Source: Octopus sinensis
Lineage: Eukaryota
Direction: 5' to 3'
DNA: 64,000 nucleotides
Assembly: GCF_006345805.1 (NCBI RefSeq)
Contig: NC_043005.1
Location: 24,118,001 to 24,182,000 of the forward strand
The notes beneath the pieces were generated by a model. It was not told where the DNA came from. It did not search any database and saw only the letters and a program-made list of their open reading frames with translations. Both the position numbers and the translations under genes were made by a program. Positions 13,782-26,059 of the stretch are shown here, in pieces. Every line of letters starts with the position of its first letter. The stretch's first letter is position 1.

Positions 13782-15379
13782 TCTCTATATATATAAAACT
13801 GAGAATGTGTCTGTCTCTCTGTCTGTCTCTGTGTGTTTGTGTTTCCCTAAAACTTGAGAACTACACAACCAATTTCATTCAAATTTTACACATGCCTTAC
13901 TTAGGGTCCATGTAGTTTCTTGGGCAAAAAACATGTTCAATTTCTTGCCTAGGGCGAGCCCATAGCAATATCATATCTTCTCCACTATTTCAGTATTACG
14001 TGTTAAAAGTGAAACAAAAACATTTCTCTATTTTATGTCAGATACTTTCACTTTAACAATAAAAATTAGAGATACTAATAAAAATTGAATTCTATGTGGT
14101 AAGTAATAATTAAAATCAAACTAAAGTATAATATAATCGTAACATAACACAAGTAAAAATAGTAATTGGTATAAAATTGCATCAATGACTTGAACTTGAA
14201 TAAATGGTTTCACTTGAATGGGAATAAATTAAAAATAAAATTAGCGTTCAGAAAAGGAATAGTCCAGATGGAGGTGTGCACATACCGTTTACTACGGCTT
14301 TTACATTAGATTATCGGCTAATTAGCTAGCATTAAGTATCCATATGGTTTGGCTGTATGTAATGTCTGTTTTCTCGAACAGCCGCTTCTACTGACTACTG
14401 CTGTTGGTTTATTTATTATACATAAAGGACTATAGCTTCAACTGCGTACTGCTTTTTGATTCACCGTAAGGTTTGTTGTTATTATTACTGTTTAAATATT
14501 GTTATCACGTTTGTTGGTTCCTCGTAAGGGAATCGTTGTTGTGTTACATTTGTTAAATAATTGTAAACTGTAACCCTCCCCCTTTAGGAGGAGGAGCTTT
14601 GGTTATTGTTTAAAAATTGAATTGTGTCCTTGTTTGGGGAAATTGACAATATTTTCACCGTTTACACGGAAGCATTTTTGTTAGAATGCCTTCGATGGAA
14701 GAAAGTCCAAAAATGAATTTCGCTGCAGCCGTCGGCGGGCGCGAACTCATTAAAATTAAAATGGAAGAAATACAAACCTATTTCGGATTGATCACCGACA
14801 ATGACGGTGAATCTACCAAACGAAATAAAAAATTAAATTAAAGAAAAGACTATTGTCAATAAAGTATACAATGGAGAGAAAAAAAAGATTTGAACACTTG
14901 GAGGAAAGCACCATCGAAAAGTGTCTTGGTGCGACTATGAAAAATATCTAATCAGAGGCGGTAAATTCTCCACAATAGAAGCAAGGTTCGAGTGAACGGA
15001 GCGTGCAAGGGAGTACTTGACTCGAACCTTGCAAAGTGGAAATATTTTACTTTTACCTTTATATCTGGGACGTAGGACGTCCCGGATAAAAATTTAAAAT
15101 GTCCCCCAGAAGTAGATGTAGGCTGGATTGTAGCCACACTTGTATACAAGAGGGAGGACAAGATACAATTGATCGAAATTGCCAGAGACGGGCCTAGAAT
15201 TCCAGTCTGTTATATATTTTGAGTATTGTTATCTCTAGCGATATCAAGATATAACTTTGTATTTTGTATTTTATGTGTAGATGTATATATATAGATGTAC
15301 ATGTAATATGTACATATATATATACACATATATACATGCACTAGCACTATGACCCGGAAACGACGGGTCATAATGCTAG
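13782..15379 (+). mobile_element. Putative non-autonomous Helitron
   Basis: A|TCTCTATATATATAAAACTGAG 5' end; 3' hairpin CCCGGAAACGACGGG and CTAG|T, consistent with an A/T target site. Confidence 0.6.
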
Positions 15380-15624
15380 TAAATACACACACACACCTTT
15401 TATTTTTTACTGCTTTCGGTCATCAGACTTCGCCCTTTTTAGGGTACCGTCTTGGAGGGCTGATTCGGTCACAGTACTTTTTAGCCTTAAGCCTTGTACT
15501 TCTATCCATTCTTTTGTCCCACCATTAACTTACAGGGACGTAAACAAAACGTTTGTGAAGCGATACTTGGGGGACAAACACAGAAACAAAGATACACACA
15601 CACATGCACATCCACACACACACA

Positions 15625-15658
<34 letters not shown>

Positions 15659-15929
15659 AGAGTTCAGTATACAAGTGGAATATGTACCTAAATAGTAAAT
15701 GTCGAGTCGAAAAGTAACAATCGTGTACAAACCAAAATTAGAGGAACATATACGTACATAATGAAATACAAAATCATGAAACTTCCAGTTATATATAGGG
15801 TCACAAGCACCCGACTGTATACACCACGATCTCAAGTTGTACCTAGAAACACACACTGCATCAATTAGTTTGCACTTAGTAGACTCCAGATCCACGCTAA
15901 TTGTAGGTTCTGATTAAGGCGAATAATAT

Positions 15930-16247
15930 ATAACAACAGATAGAAATTGGTCGATATACTACAGCTGTTTCAAACGAGTTTTTTTTATTGATAATAGAGT
16001 TATTACATCATTTGAAAAATCCCGTTTTCATTAGGTGAATATAAACGAATTAAACATCTTAAATAACATTCCAAGAATGATTCGTTTACCCTAGTTAGTT
16101 GTTTATACAGGAAAGACATTTCTAAAAATGTTTAATTCGTGTATATTCACCTGAAGAAAACGGTTTTGTTCGCTTGAACTCTGTTCATCAATAAAAAATC
16201 CCAGCTGAAACACTAGTAGCGAATGAACTAATTTCCACCTGTTATTA
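15930..16247. mobile_element. Fold-back element with two degenerate outward-facing HHR motifs (minus 15955-16039, plus 16146-16223)
   Basis: Minus copy: TTCAC-CTAATGA-AAACGG...CGTTT-GAAA-CAGCTG-TA. Plus copy: TTCAC-CTGAAGA-AAACGG...GCT-GAAA-CACTAG-TA-GCGAA. Same family as 56975. Confidence 0.7.
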
Positions 16248-16285
16248 CACACGCACATACACATGCACACACACACACGTATACA

Positions 16286-16318
<33 letters not shown>

Positions 16319-17118
16319 TTGTGTGTGTATATATATATATATACTTGTGCGAACACGCTATATTTAAGATAACATCTTTTACATTGCTTTGATATTATTG
16401 TGTCATATATTACTATAGTATATATGCTTAAGTATACATATCGCATGCATCTGGGAAAAATACTGGCAACATATGAAACATCCATGGAAAACGTGAAGTA
16501 GAGCTATAAGATTAAATGCGATCATGCTAAAAGAGCGGGCATTTATAAATATTCATTAGGCAATACAATATCATCATAAATATCATTAATCTATTGAAAG
16601 AAGTATATCCTTTATCTATATATAGCATGTAGTTATATAATGTTACAGTAATGGGCATATACACACAATTACGCTCAACTGAATTTGTTTCGTTATAACT
16701 TTCACAAAAATGGAGATTTTTCAGCGACATTTTCTACAAATATGCTGCAGATGATGTAAATTTCGATTATATCTGCATGTGTTGTAATAAAAGATATTCA
16801 GGTGACGTGGCGGGAGGAGTTTCACAAAATTCACACGAGGCAGATTTGTTTCCTCATAACTTTCGGAAAGAAAGCATTTTTAAATGAAGATTTCAAGAGA
16901 TTCTTTTCAGAGAGTCTATATGACAATAATATCAGAATTAAAAACGCAAATAAAAATCGGTGGAATAGCACACGTACATATTGAGACTCACCACATTTTC
17001 TCCCGAAATATTTATAATCACAACAAATTACAATGTAATCCGCATCTACAGCTTCTGAATTGTATTTGTAGAAAACTTCATTTTAAAATATCTGTGAAAG
17101 CTATGAGGAAAGAAATAT

Positions 17119-17936
17119 GTTAAGTGGTCTAACGATTGGGACCTGTGTCTGAACGTGTCAAAGTGCTGTCATCTGCCTGTCGGCTCTACTCCTGCAACTC
17201 AACTTGATTTCGAGCCGGGTCGTCTGCTGCTGGAGAGGACCGATCAGGTAAAGGACCTAGGTATCTTGGTGGATTCCTCCTTTTCGCCTTCGGCCCAGTG
17301 CGTCCATGCTGCCAACAAAGCACGCGGAATTCTGTTCTTGATTCGACGGTCATTCGGAATGCTCACAGCAGCCATATTCCTACCACTCTATGTCACGCTG
17401 GTGAGACCCATATTGGAGTATGGGATTCAAGCCTCTTCTCCTTATCTCCTCAAAGACATACAGCATCTCGAAAGAGTCCAGAATCTGGCTACCCGCATGG
17501 TTCATGGTCTCAAAAATTTGTCCTACGAAGAAAGGCTGAGGACGCTCGACCTTTATTCTCTTGAAAAACGCCGCCGCCGTGGTGATCTCATTCTCGCCCA
17601 CAACATCATAAGCGGAAAGTGTAACCTCTCGAAAGAGCTGTTCTTCACTCCTGCTCCAGAGCGTCGGCTGCGGGGTCATTCCGAAAAGCTCTACCTGCGA
17701 CGATTTCATCTCAATCGAAGGAGAGGAGCTTTCTCCGTCCGGGTTGCGGATCCGTGGAACAAGCTGCCAGACGAGATGGTGAAGATGCCGACGACCGCTT
17801 TGTTCAAAGCCTCCCTTGACCTCAAGTGGCCTGAACTCTTTACATGAACACCACCCTGTACTTAACTCCATGTCCCCCTACATGGCCTTGCTATTTGCTT
17901 TTGAGCCAAATTAACTAACTAACTAACTAACTAACA
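17119..17936 (+). mobile_element. 5'-truncated CR1/L2-like LINE with RT C-terminal region still in open frame
   Basis: KDLGILVD...LYVTLVRPILEY...LERVQ..ATRMV..L..LSYEERL..L.LYSLEKRR.RGDLI...FSVRVADPWNKLP, followed by a (TAAC)n tail. Confidence 0.93.
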
Positions 17937-18044
17937 TATATGTAGGTTCGCCTCTGCTAACCCAGGCCAGTTACTGTACATCGTTACTCATGCTTTACGG
18001 AAAGTCCATACTAAACATGTCGTTTTTTAATGTTGTAGGATATA

Positions 18045-18610
18045 TACAAGGTGCGGTGAATATATTGTCGTCTGAATTACGCAAAAATAAAAACAAGAGT
18101 GACATCTCATATTAACAAATATATTTACCAAAATTACATAAAAAATATCTTGAAATACTAACGAGTAAATTTATTCAATAAAATCGGCTTTGGTTTCAAC
18201 CACGGCCTCCAGACGACTTCGGAGTCTCCTGCAACTCTTCTGGACGGTCTCCTTGTTTAAGTTGGCGAATGCTGCTATAATTCTTGCTTTCAGTTCCTCT
18301 TTGGTGTTACAAGGAGTTTTGTTGGTCTCGTTCCACTGCGCCCAACACATAATAATCAAAGGGGTTGCAGTGTAGGGAGTTAGGGTGTAATGACAAGCCA
18401 TCACGTGGTTTCCACGTACAGTAAGCTAAAACTCAAAACGGCGTAAGTTGTAAAGCGACACTCTTCATCACGAGTGCAGAGTTCAAATCTGCCCTTGGTG
18501 AGATTAGGTTTCAAGCTTTGATCTGTTGCACTGGAATAATCCTTTGATTTCTGTCTGTAACAATATTTATTCATACGAGAGGAAACGTTAATAAAATGCA
18601 TATTTAATGT
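18045..18610 (-). mobile_element. Internally deleted Tc1/mariner-superfamily remnant
   Basis: C-terminal NETNKTPCNTKEELKARIIAAFANLNKETVQKSCRRLRSRLEAVVE, and a TACAAGGTGCGG terminus at 18045. Confidence 0.7.
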
Positions 18611-19434
18611 TGATTACAAACTACACACAAAACTAGCAGCCTTTAATTAATTAATTGATTGATTAATTAATTAATTCTGTTTTTAACTTCTTGGCTAATT
18701 TGAAACGTAACGTAATGTATACCTTTTTTGATAAACAAACTATTTTAGTTTTACTGCGGAAAATAAACAAAAGATAATTATGCTGTCATCAAAGAAGCTG
18801 ATATCGTGTTTCTTATCAATTTAAACCTCCGTCAGAGAGAGAGAATGAGAGAGAGAGAGAGGGAGAGAGAGAGAGAGAAGGGGAGAGGGAGAGAGAGAGA
18901 GAAGGGGAGAGGGAGAGAGAGAGAGAGAAGGGGAGAGGGAGAGAGAGGGAGAGAGAGATAAAAATAAATAGATAGATAGAAAGTGAGAGAGAGAGAGAGA
19001 GAGAGGGGGAGAGAACTTTTACACTTTTAATATATTCGAATATTTTTAATTGTTAATATGATTTTTGATGTTAATATATTTAGCAGGTAGAGGTTTTAGT
19101 CTGTTAAAACCACTAAGTATTTGTTAGAAATTATACTCAACAATGTCATTATTCCACCCTCATTTATGCATGAAGTTTACAAACACAACGATTGATATAC
19201 AATAGTTAATTTGTATAATTTAATATAAAAACAATGGAGAGACAAAATTTGTAGATGTACAGGACCGAAGAACTTAGTGTTTCTAATCCCACTCCTTTAA
19301 CTCCTCCCAATCTCAATAAAATGAGCACAAGCAATATGAGATGATGTCGAATAATCGGTTGCTTTGTGCTTGGTTGCAGATCAACATTAGTTTAAAACAT
19401 TGTATCGTTTATTTGATGAATATTTTATATTATA

Positions 19435-19818
19435 CTAGCAGTATCGCCCGGCGTTGCTCAGGTTTGTAAGGGAAATAACTATAAAGCATTTCTTGAGAGT
19501 TATAGCCAAAAAATAGAAAAAAAATGGAAAAAAATGATGGTAAATTTTTTTTGAGATTTAAAAAAAGTGGAGTTGCGTCTCTTAGACAGTTTGTGGTTCG
19601 TATTTCTGATTCTCGACCCCATGTCGAATTTATCGATTTTTTTCAGAACTGGGGGAACTTTTCAAAATTTTCGCTTCGTTAGTTTTGAATTATGACATTG
19701 GGCTATGTGTGTGTCAAGTTTCATCAGAATCGGTTGAAAGCCGTGGTCATAGTGAGGGTACAAGCAAACAGACACACAGAAACACGCACAGACAAACTGC
19801 CGTTTATATAGAGAGAGA
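19435..19818 (-). mobile_element. Non-autonomous Helitron
   Basis: Same 5' region as 32203-32461; 3' hairpin plus CTAG. Confidence 0.8.
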
Positions 19819-19822
19819 TGAA

Positions 19823-20200
19823 GGTGGCGAGAGCTGGCAGAAACGTTAGCACGCCGGGCGAAATACTTAGCAGTATTCCGTCTGTCTTTACGTTTTGAGT
19901 CCAAATTCCGCCGAGGTCGACTTTGCCTTTCATCCTTTCGGGGTCGATAAATTAAGTACCAGTTACGCACTGGGGTCGATGTAATCGACTTAATCCCTTT
20001 GTCTGTCCTCCTTTGTCCGCCCTATGTTTAGCCCCTTGTGGGCAATAAAGAAATAAGAAACGTTAGCACGCCGGACGAAATACTTAGCGATATTTCGTCT
20101 GTCTCCATGTTCTGAGTCCAAATTCCGCCGAGGTCGACTTTGCCATTCATCCTTTCGAGTTCGATGAATTTTTACCAGTTGCATACTGGGGTCAATCTAA
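19823..20200 (+). mobile_element. SINE family B (tandem copies)
   Basis: GGCGAGAGCTGGCAGAAACGTTAGCACGCCGGGCGAAAT...GAGGTCGACTTTGCC. Other copies at about 35540-35900(+), 51010-51465(-) and 55505-55910(-). Confidence 0.8.
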
Positions 20201-20533
20201 TCGATTGGCCTCGCCACTCGCCAAAAAGTTCGGGCCTTGTAACTAGAGTAGAAAAAATTATTTATCATATGAGTTATTAATATAGCTAGGCCCACATTAC
20301 ATAGAGTGGACATACTCTTCGAAGGCAGGAACTATTTCAGCCCCCAAACAATTGCTGATAATCTACAAAGCTCAAGTGAGGCCTACAAAGAAGTATTTCT
20401 CCTATCTATGCGACGGCGTTGCTGCTACGTACAAAGACATTGTGAATGTCATCTAAAAAGTGGTACTCCGTGGTTTCGAACGCTACCGGACATGCTCCAA
20501 TTTCTGGCGCTTAGGCGTGCTGCCTCTCCTCTT

Positions 20534-20991
20534 TTTTATGTTTTACTGTAAATGACCTCCATTCCTCAGAGCTGGCTAGTCTTGTACTTTCACCGCTCTA
20601 TAATTTCATTATCCACTCGTTCTTCCACTTTTTGTCACACTTAGTCCAGCCCTCTCAGCCCAATACCAAACATTATCCTATTCTTGCTCCTTTAGAACAT
20701 CTACTCTCAGGAAAATTCTCCTCTCTCATGTGTTTTCTGCTGGTGTTATTCTGCAGCTTAGTGTTATTCTGCAGAATAACACCAGCAGAAAACACATGGG
20801 AGAGGAGAATTTTCCTGAGAGTAGATGTTCTAAAGGAGCAAGAATAGGATAATGTTTGGTATTGGGCTGAGAGGGCTGGACTAAGTGTGACAAAAAGTGG
20901 AAGAACGAGTGGATAATGAAATTATAGAGCGGTGAAAGTACAAGACTAGCCAGCTCTGAGGAATGGAGGTCATTTACAGTAAAACATAAAA
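20534..20991. repeat. Near-perfect inverted duplication (arms of about 223 bp)
   Basis: 20534-20756 versus 20769-20991 with one visible mismatch and a 12-nt spacer. Confidence 0.95.
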
Positions 20992-21647
20992 GTAATCGGC
21001 ACACGATCGTAAGGTCGTGATTTCAATTTCCGGCGACGCATTGTGTCCTTGAGCAAGACACTTTATTTCGCGTTGCTTCAGTCAACTCAGCTGGAAAAAG
21101 GAATAGTTCCTGTATTTCAAACGGCCCGTCTTGTCACGCTGAACCTCCCTGAGAACTACGTTAAGGGTACGCATGACTGTGGAGTACTCAGCCACTTCCA
21201 CGTTAATTTCACGAGCAAGCTGTCCCGTTGATCGGATCAACTGGAATACTCGTCGTCGTAACCGACGGAGAGCCAGTAATCTGCAGCACTTTAAAAGGAA
21301 CATCAACGGGGGCGTAAACAGTGACATAAGTTGTCAAGTAGCGATGGGAGGACACGCAGGCACACACACGCACACACACGCACACACACGCACACACAAA
21401 CATACACAGACACATAATTCACCTTACCCAAATTAAATATTCTAAATGACTTGAGATGCCTGTCCTGCCTTGACTTTTGTTGTCCATTTCCCTCTAATAT
21501 GTATCGTTTTTCTATGTTTTTGTTTTTATGTTTTCGGTTCTCATTGTGTTCAAAGTTTTTTTTTATGTCTTGTACTCATATATACATATATATATATACT
21601 ATATGTGTAGTTATGTACATATATGCGTGTGTGTACGCATATATTTA

Positions 21648-21697
<50 letters not shown>

Positions 21698-21871
21698 ATA
21701 AATATTAGGAATAAATCCAAATTTACAGGGAAAAAATCAGATTTAGGATTAAACCCAATTTTATAGTAAAATATTATAAAATATTATTAGAGACAAAACC
21801 ACTATTTTGCAAAACAAACAAGGAAAGACTTAATCAATACATAAAATTTTAATAAATAGTCAAAAAAACCG

Positions 21872-21914
21872 CCACTACAATTGTTTCTTGTCTTGATCGA
21901 CAATCTTCAGGTGG
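21872..21914 (-). ncRNA. Minimal type I hammerhead ribozyme motif (inverted copy of 21965-22007)
   Basis: Exact reverse complement of the plus-strand motif, in the left arm of the palindrome. Confidence 0.85.
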
Positions 21915-21964
21915 ACTTCCAATAAGTCAGTTTCAAATTAATTTGAAACTGACTTATTGGAAGT

Positions 21965-22007
21965 CCACCTGAAGATTGTCGATCAAGACAAGAAACAATT
22001 GTAGTGG
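21965..22007 (+). ncRNA. Minimal type I hammerhead ribozyme motif (PLE-type)
   Basis: CCAC-CTGAAGA-TTGTC(GATCAA)GACAA-GAAA-CAATTG-TA-GTGG. Stem I CCAC/GTGG, full core, 5-bp stem II, palindromic stem III CAATTG, GUA cleavage triplet ending at 22003. Confidence 0.85.
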
Positions 22008-22237
22008 CGGTTTTTTTTGACTATTTATTAAAATTTTATGTATTGATTAAGTCTTTCCTTGTTTGTTTTGCAAAATAGTGGTTTTGTCTCTAATAATATT
22101 TTATATATATATATATAATATATATAAATATATGCGTACATACACGCATATATGTACATAACTACACACATATATATATATATATATATATACATATATA
22201 TAACTACATATATATATATATATATATACACATAACT

Positions 22238-22295
<58 letters not shown>

Positions 22296-22346
22296 TCATA
22301 TATATATAATATAAAATAGAATATATACATATATAGAATATATATA

Positions 22347-22385
<39 letters not shown>

Positions 22386-22386
<1 letters not shown>

Positions 22387-24060
22387 TAGCAGTATAGCTC
22401 GGCGGTGCCCGGGATTAAGTTAGGATTATTAAGCTAAAATAACACCGACGTCAAATTTGAGCGAATTCTGTTGAAATTTGTACACATTTGGCTGAGAATA
22501 AGTTGCACACAATTTGATTGGGAAATTCATAAGGAATCGTTTTATCGATTTTCCCACTCATCAATTGTATTTTGCTGGGGGCGGGAGAATTTAAAGCATT
22601 AAAAGATCCCATGAGTTCTGAGTAACGCCAGCATCAAGTTTGAACAAAACTGGTAAAAGTTATGGTTGAAAATAGGGTGTAGCCAATTTTAGTGGGAAAT
22701 TCTACAAGGAATCGGTTTTTTTGATTTTTCATCCTGATTGAATGGAAAACCCTATAAAGAATCAGTTTATTGATTTTTCACCCCAAATAGGACTTAGCTG
22801 AACACAATATTGCTGATTCAAAACATCAATATTTATACTTTAAAGTTGGGTTTCATACCCAACACAGTTATGCAGAATCGTTGTCACAACTGGAACGCAT
22901 GGGTTGGGAGTTTGACAAGCAGAGGTGCTCAGGTTGCACATGCCGGCCCTTTCGAACCCTACCCCTATCATCCCCTTGGACTATGGGTTGGGAGCCCTTC
23001 CGGCAAGGAAAATAGAATGCTCAAAAAGGCTCCCGATCCTCTGTGTCAGGAGAGGTTATGTTCGGATCATAACTAAGCCTTAACCTAAGCCTAAGCTAAC
23101 CTAGCGAAAGGGGGCGCGGGAGCCTCTAAAAGGCAGCGACTAATCCCGATCTATTCCTAACCCCTCTTAGGGTTACTATCAGTCAAGGTTGCATTTAAAA
23201 TATGCATTAGAGAAGTTTGCATAGAAGATCTGTATTGGAGAAGGTTGCGTAGTCGGTTTGCATTGGATAAGGATGCATCGAAGGTTTGCATTGGAGATCT
23301 GCAGTGAAGAAGGTTGACTCAAAGATTTGGATTGGAATAGTTTGTATTAGAGATCTGCATTGGAGAAGGTTGATTCGAAGGTTTACATTGGTAATCCGGA
23401 TTGGAATAACTAAGGAAAACTCACCAACAGCCTTAACCAAAAAATGAGGGCCCTGGCCCTTCTAGCCTCACTCTATGAGCAACTTGGCCAAGCACTGATA
23501 TCGGCCGAGTGAGCATTGTTGTTGGAGAAGTCAGCATTGTCCATTAAAGAAGAGGAAGAGCCCATGAGTCATGCTGACATAGTTATAAGAATACGTCTGG
23601 CCAATGCTTCCGTATCACCTGTTTATAACCATATCGGCTGTAGTGATGACCTGTTCTTCTTTCTACGTCTATAAAACTTCGCTATAGAAAACATTGCGTG
23701 TTCTGACCAGTGGAGCATACACAATAAGAGCGTTTCTATTCTCCACACGGGAGCAGGCCACATAAGGTTGCCCTTGTGAAAAGCACGGCTCCCCCAAATG
23801 GATGACCGCCACCGATAGTGTTTGGCCTTGGGAATTGTTGATGGACATGGCGATCTGCTGATGTTAAACGGCATGTCTGACCCCGTGGGATAAAGGTGCA
23901 TCCTCGAAATGAAAACAGTTCCCCCCTCCCGTAACCCGTAACAATGCTGGCCTCAATTACCAAGCAGGTCCCGTTGCACTGTTTAGGCGGATAAAACGTG
24001 TACTCTTTATCCCATTTGAGTTTTATTGAATGATTGTGTAAAATTTTCTTAACAATAGGA
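22386..24060 (-). mobile_element. Helitron fragment with helicase remnant
   Basis: 3' CTAG plus hairpin at 22386. Frameshifted IPRMHLYP...SQGQTL...GQPYVACSRV at about 23650-24050. Segment 23130-23190 is homologous to about 31550-31620. Confidence 0.75.
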
Positions 24061-24795
24061 TATATTGTAAGTCTACACACACACACACGCATATACAAAC
24101 ACACACTTGCTGTTGTTGTGATTGATTCGTGAACTCTTTATTCCATTTGTGTTGCTGTTGTGAGTGGCAGGAGATAAGTTTCAGCGAACTTGAACAGCAT
24201 GTTCGGAACTCGTTTCTAATGTTGAAATGCCACATATGAAAAATGCTTTAAATCACATAGGAAGAAAAACGACTACAGCACTAAGTCATCGATTTGCTTC
24301 GATCGCCGAGAAAGCAAAAGTACGTTCAGAAATAAAGAGAAATAGATATGTTGTGGATGTAAATAAGAGTCAAATAAAGAATTTAAATGTTAAAACAAAC
24401 AAAAATTAAGAAACGAAATGTGCTAGTTGGTAATTACATCGTCATTAGGTTTTTGTTTTCTAATTGCATAAACCAACATTAATTATCTGACATTCAAAAT
24501 TTCATTTAAAATGAAATATATAGAAAAATTAAATATATACATATGCTATATGTATACTGTATATACATTTCTTTCAGAGCTTGATACGAACGCAAAAAAA
24601 GAGATGAACAAAAAAAGCATTATGTCCTTTTCCCGTTAGCTGGGTTCGAAACGGTGTTCTAGATGTTCAGGTCAGTGGTATTTCCTTTGCCTTGTCAAGG
24701 AGCACGGATGTTTATGGCCGTAGGCGCTTGATCTCTGGCCCTCTACGGTCACAGAGAGTTTAAAGAAAATAAAATTTTGGAAGGGAAACACGCAC

Positions 24796-24877
24796 TGTTA
24801 CGGACGGTTAGCCTCTCTTTCTGGCTGGACGGCCTCATATATACGGGTAGCGCCGAGTTGCGAGGAGGCAGTCAGAG

Positions 24878-24936
<59 letters not shown>

Positions 24937-25661
24937 GGACAGGGACAGACGCGGTCTGACAGAGACAAACAGGGGCGGAAAGAGATACATGGAGCGAGAG
25001 ACGGACAACTGAACGACTGGCAGGTGATGTAGTGGGATACTGCGCCAGTATTTTTTTTTGCTGAAGTTGCAGACGTAAAAGGAAAGAACTGTTGCCGGTA
25101 AGTGTTTTTTTATGTTTAAAAAAAAGAGAAAACTGTTTGAAAAGAAAAGAAGAAAAAGAAAAAGAACTTTGTTGTTAAATGTGTTTCTTTAAAAGAAAAG
25201 AAAGAAAAGAAGAACTGAGTTGTTGACAGTACTTTTAAAAAGAAAGGAAAATAAAAAAAACAAAGAAAGAAGAAAAAGGACTGTGTTGTTAAATGTTTTT
25301 TTGAGAAACGAACTTTGTGATGTTAAATGTTTAAAGAAGAAAAAGGAAAAGAAAAAGAAATTTGTGTTGTTAAATGTTAAATGTTTTCTTAAAGGAACGA
25401 AGGAAAGAAGAAAAAGAACTTTCCAAAGAATTATTGTTGAATGTTTTGTTAAAAAATATTTACTTGACTACGCAACGTTTTGGTGTGGGTTATTTTTGCT
25501 GTTGTTGTTGGCTCTACTAGCTACGTTTCGCTGCTTCACCGTCCGGAGTTGGTTTCTGATTTCCTGAGCAATGTCGCACGCGAGCTTCTCTGGGCCAGCA
25601 AACTGCGGGCTCTTTGTATGAGGAGCCGTGGTGGCATCGTAGGCTTGCGTGCGGTGTAACA
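24796..25661. mobile_element. Probable solo LTR (about 865 bp)
   Basis: Termini TGTTAC...GTAACA. The interior is relatively GC/CpG-rich, with (GA)n and an A-rich minisatellite of about 50 bp. The target-site duplication is imperfect (GCAC/ATAC). Confidence 0.5.
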
Positions 25662-26026
25662 ATACTTTTCTTTCAGAGCGCTTCATCTTTGATTTTCTGT
25701 ATAATTAAAACTATAAATATATTTCTTTCAGATCACACGAACTGACATAAAGAATCTTGCAAACTAAATCCATTAACGAAATAGTTTTTCTTTGTTTTTA
25801 TCTGTATAGTAGTCGCCATTGCAGGGGACTTAACTAATTTTAGCAAACAATGGATTTCACCAACGTGAAAATTGGGAAAAGTTATGGATGAAAATCGATT
25901 TTTATCGCTATCCGAGGATGTCTCGGGAAAAAATAAGTTGGCAAAACCTAGCTACGGTCGTGACGAATGTCCTCTTAAAACTGGAGCGATATGCGTGCTA
26001 ATTTGTGGACGTGCATAATTTACATT

Positions 26027-26059
<33 letters not shown>

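Larger units (their letters stand above)
21775..22104. repeat. Spacer-less palindrome centred at 21939/21940
   Basis: Arms of about 165 bp differing by one homopolymer base. Weaker symmetry extends to about 21590-22175. Confidence 0.95.

Noticed and set aside
17380-17871. 163-aa minus-strand ORF, and similar ORFs antisense to TE coding regions
   Set aside because: It is the antisense shadow of the CR1-like RT frame.
20955-20990. Hammerhead at CTGAGGA in the 20.5-21.0 kb palindrome
   Set aside because: A short stem follows, but there is no GAAA, stem III or stem I partner.
23093-23105. Telomere-like TTAGG/TTAGGC repeats
   Set aside because: Only a few degenerate units are present, inside a Helitron remnant.
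25075-25440. CRISPR-like repeat-spacer array
   Set aside because: It is an irregular A-rich minisatellite in a eukaryotic context, with no unique spacers or cas genes.
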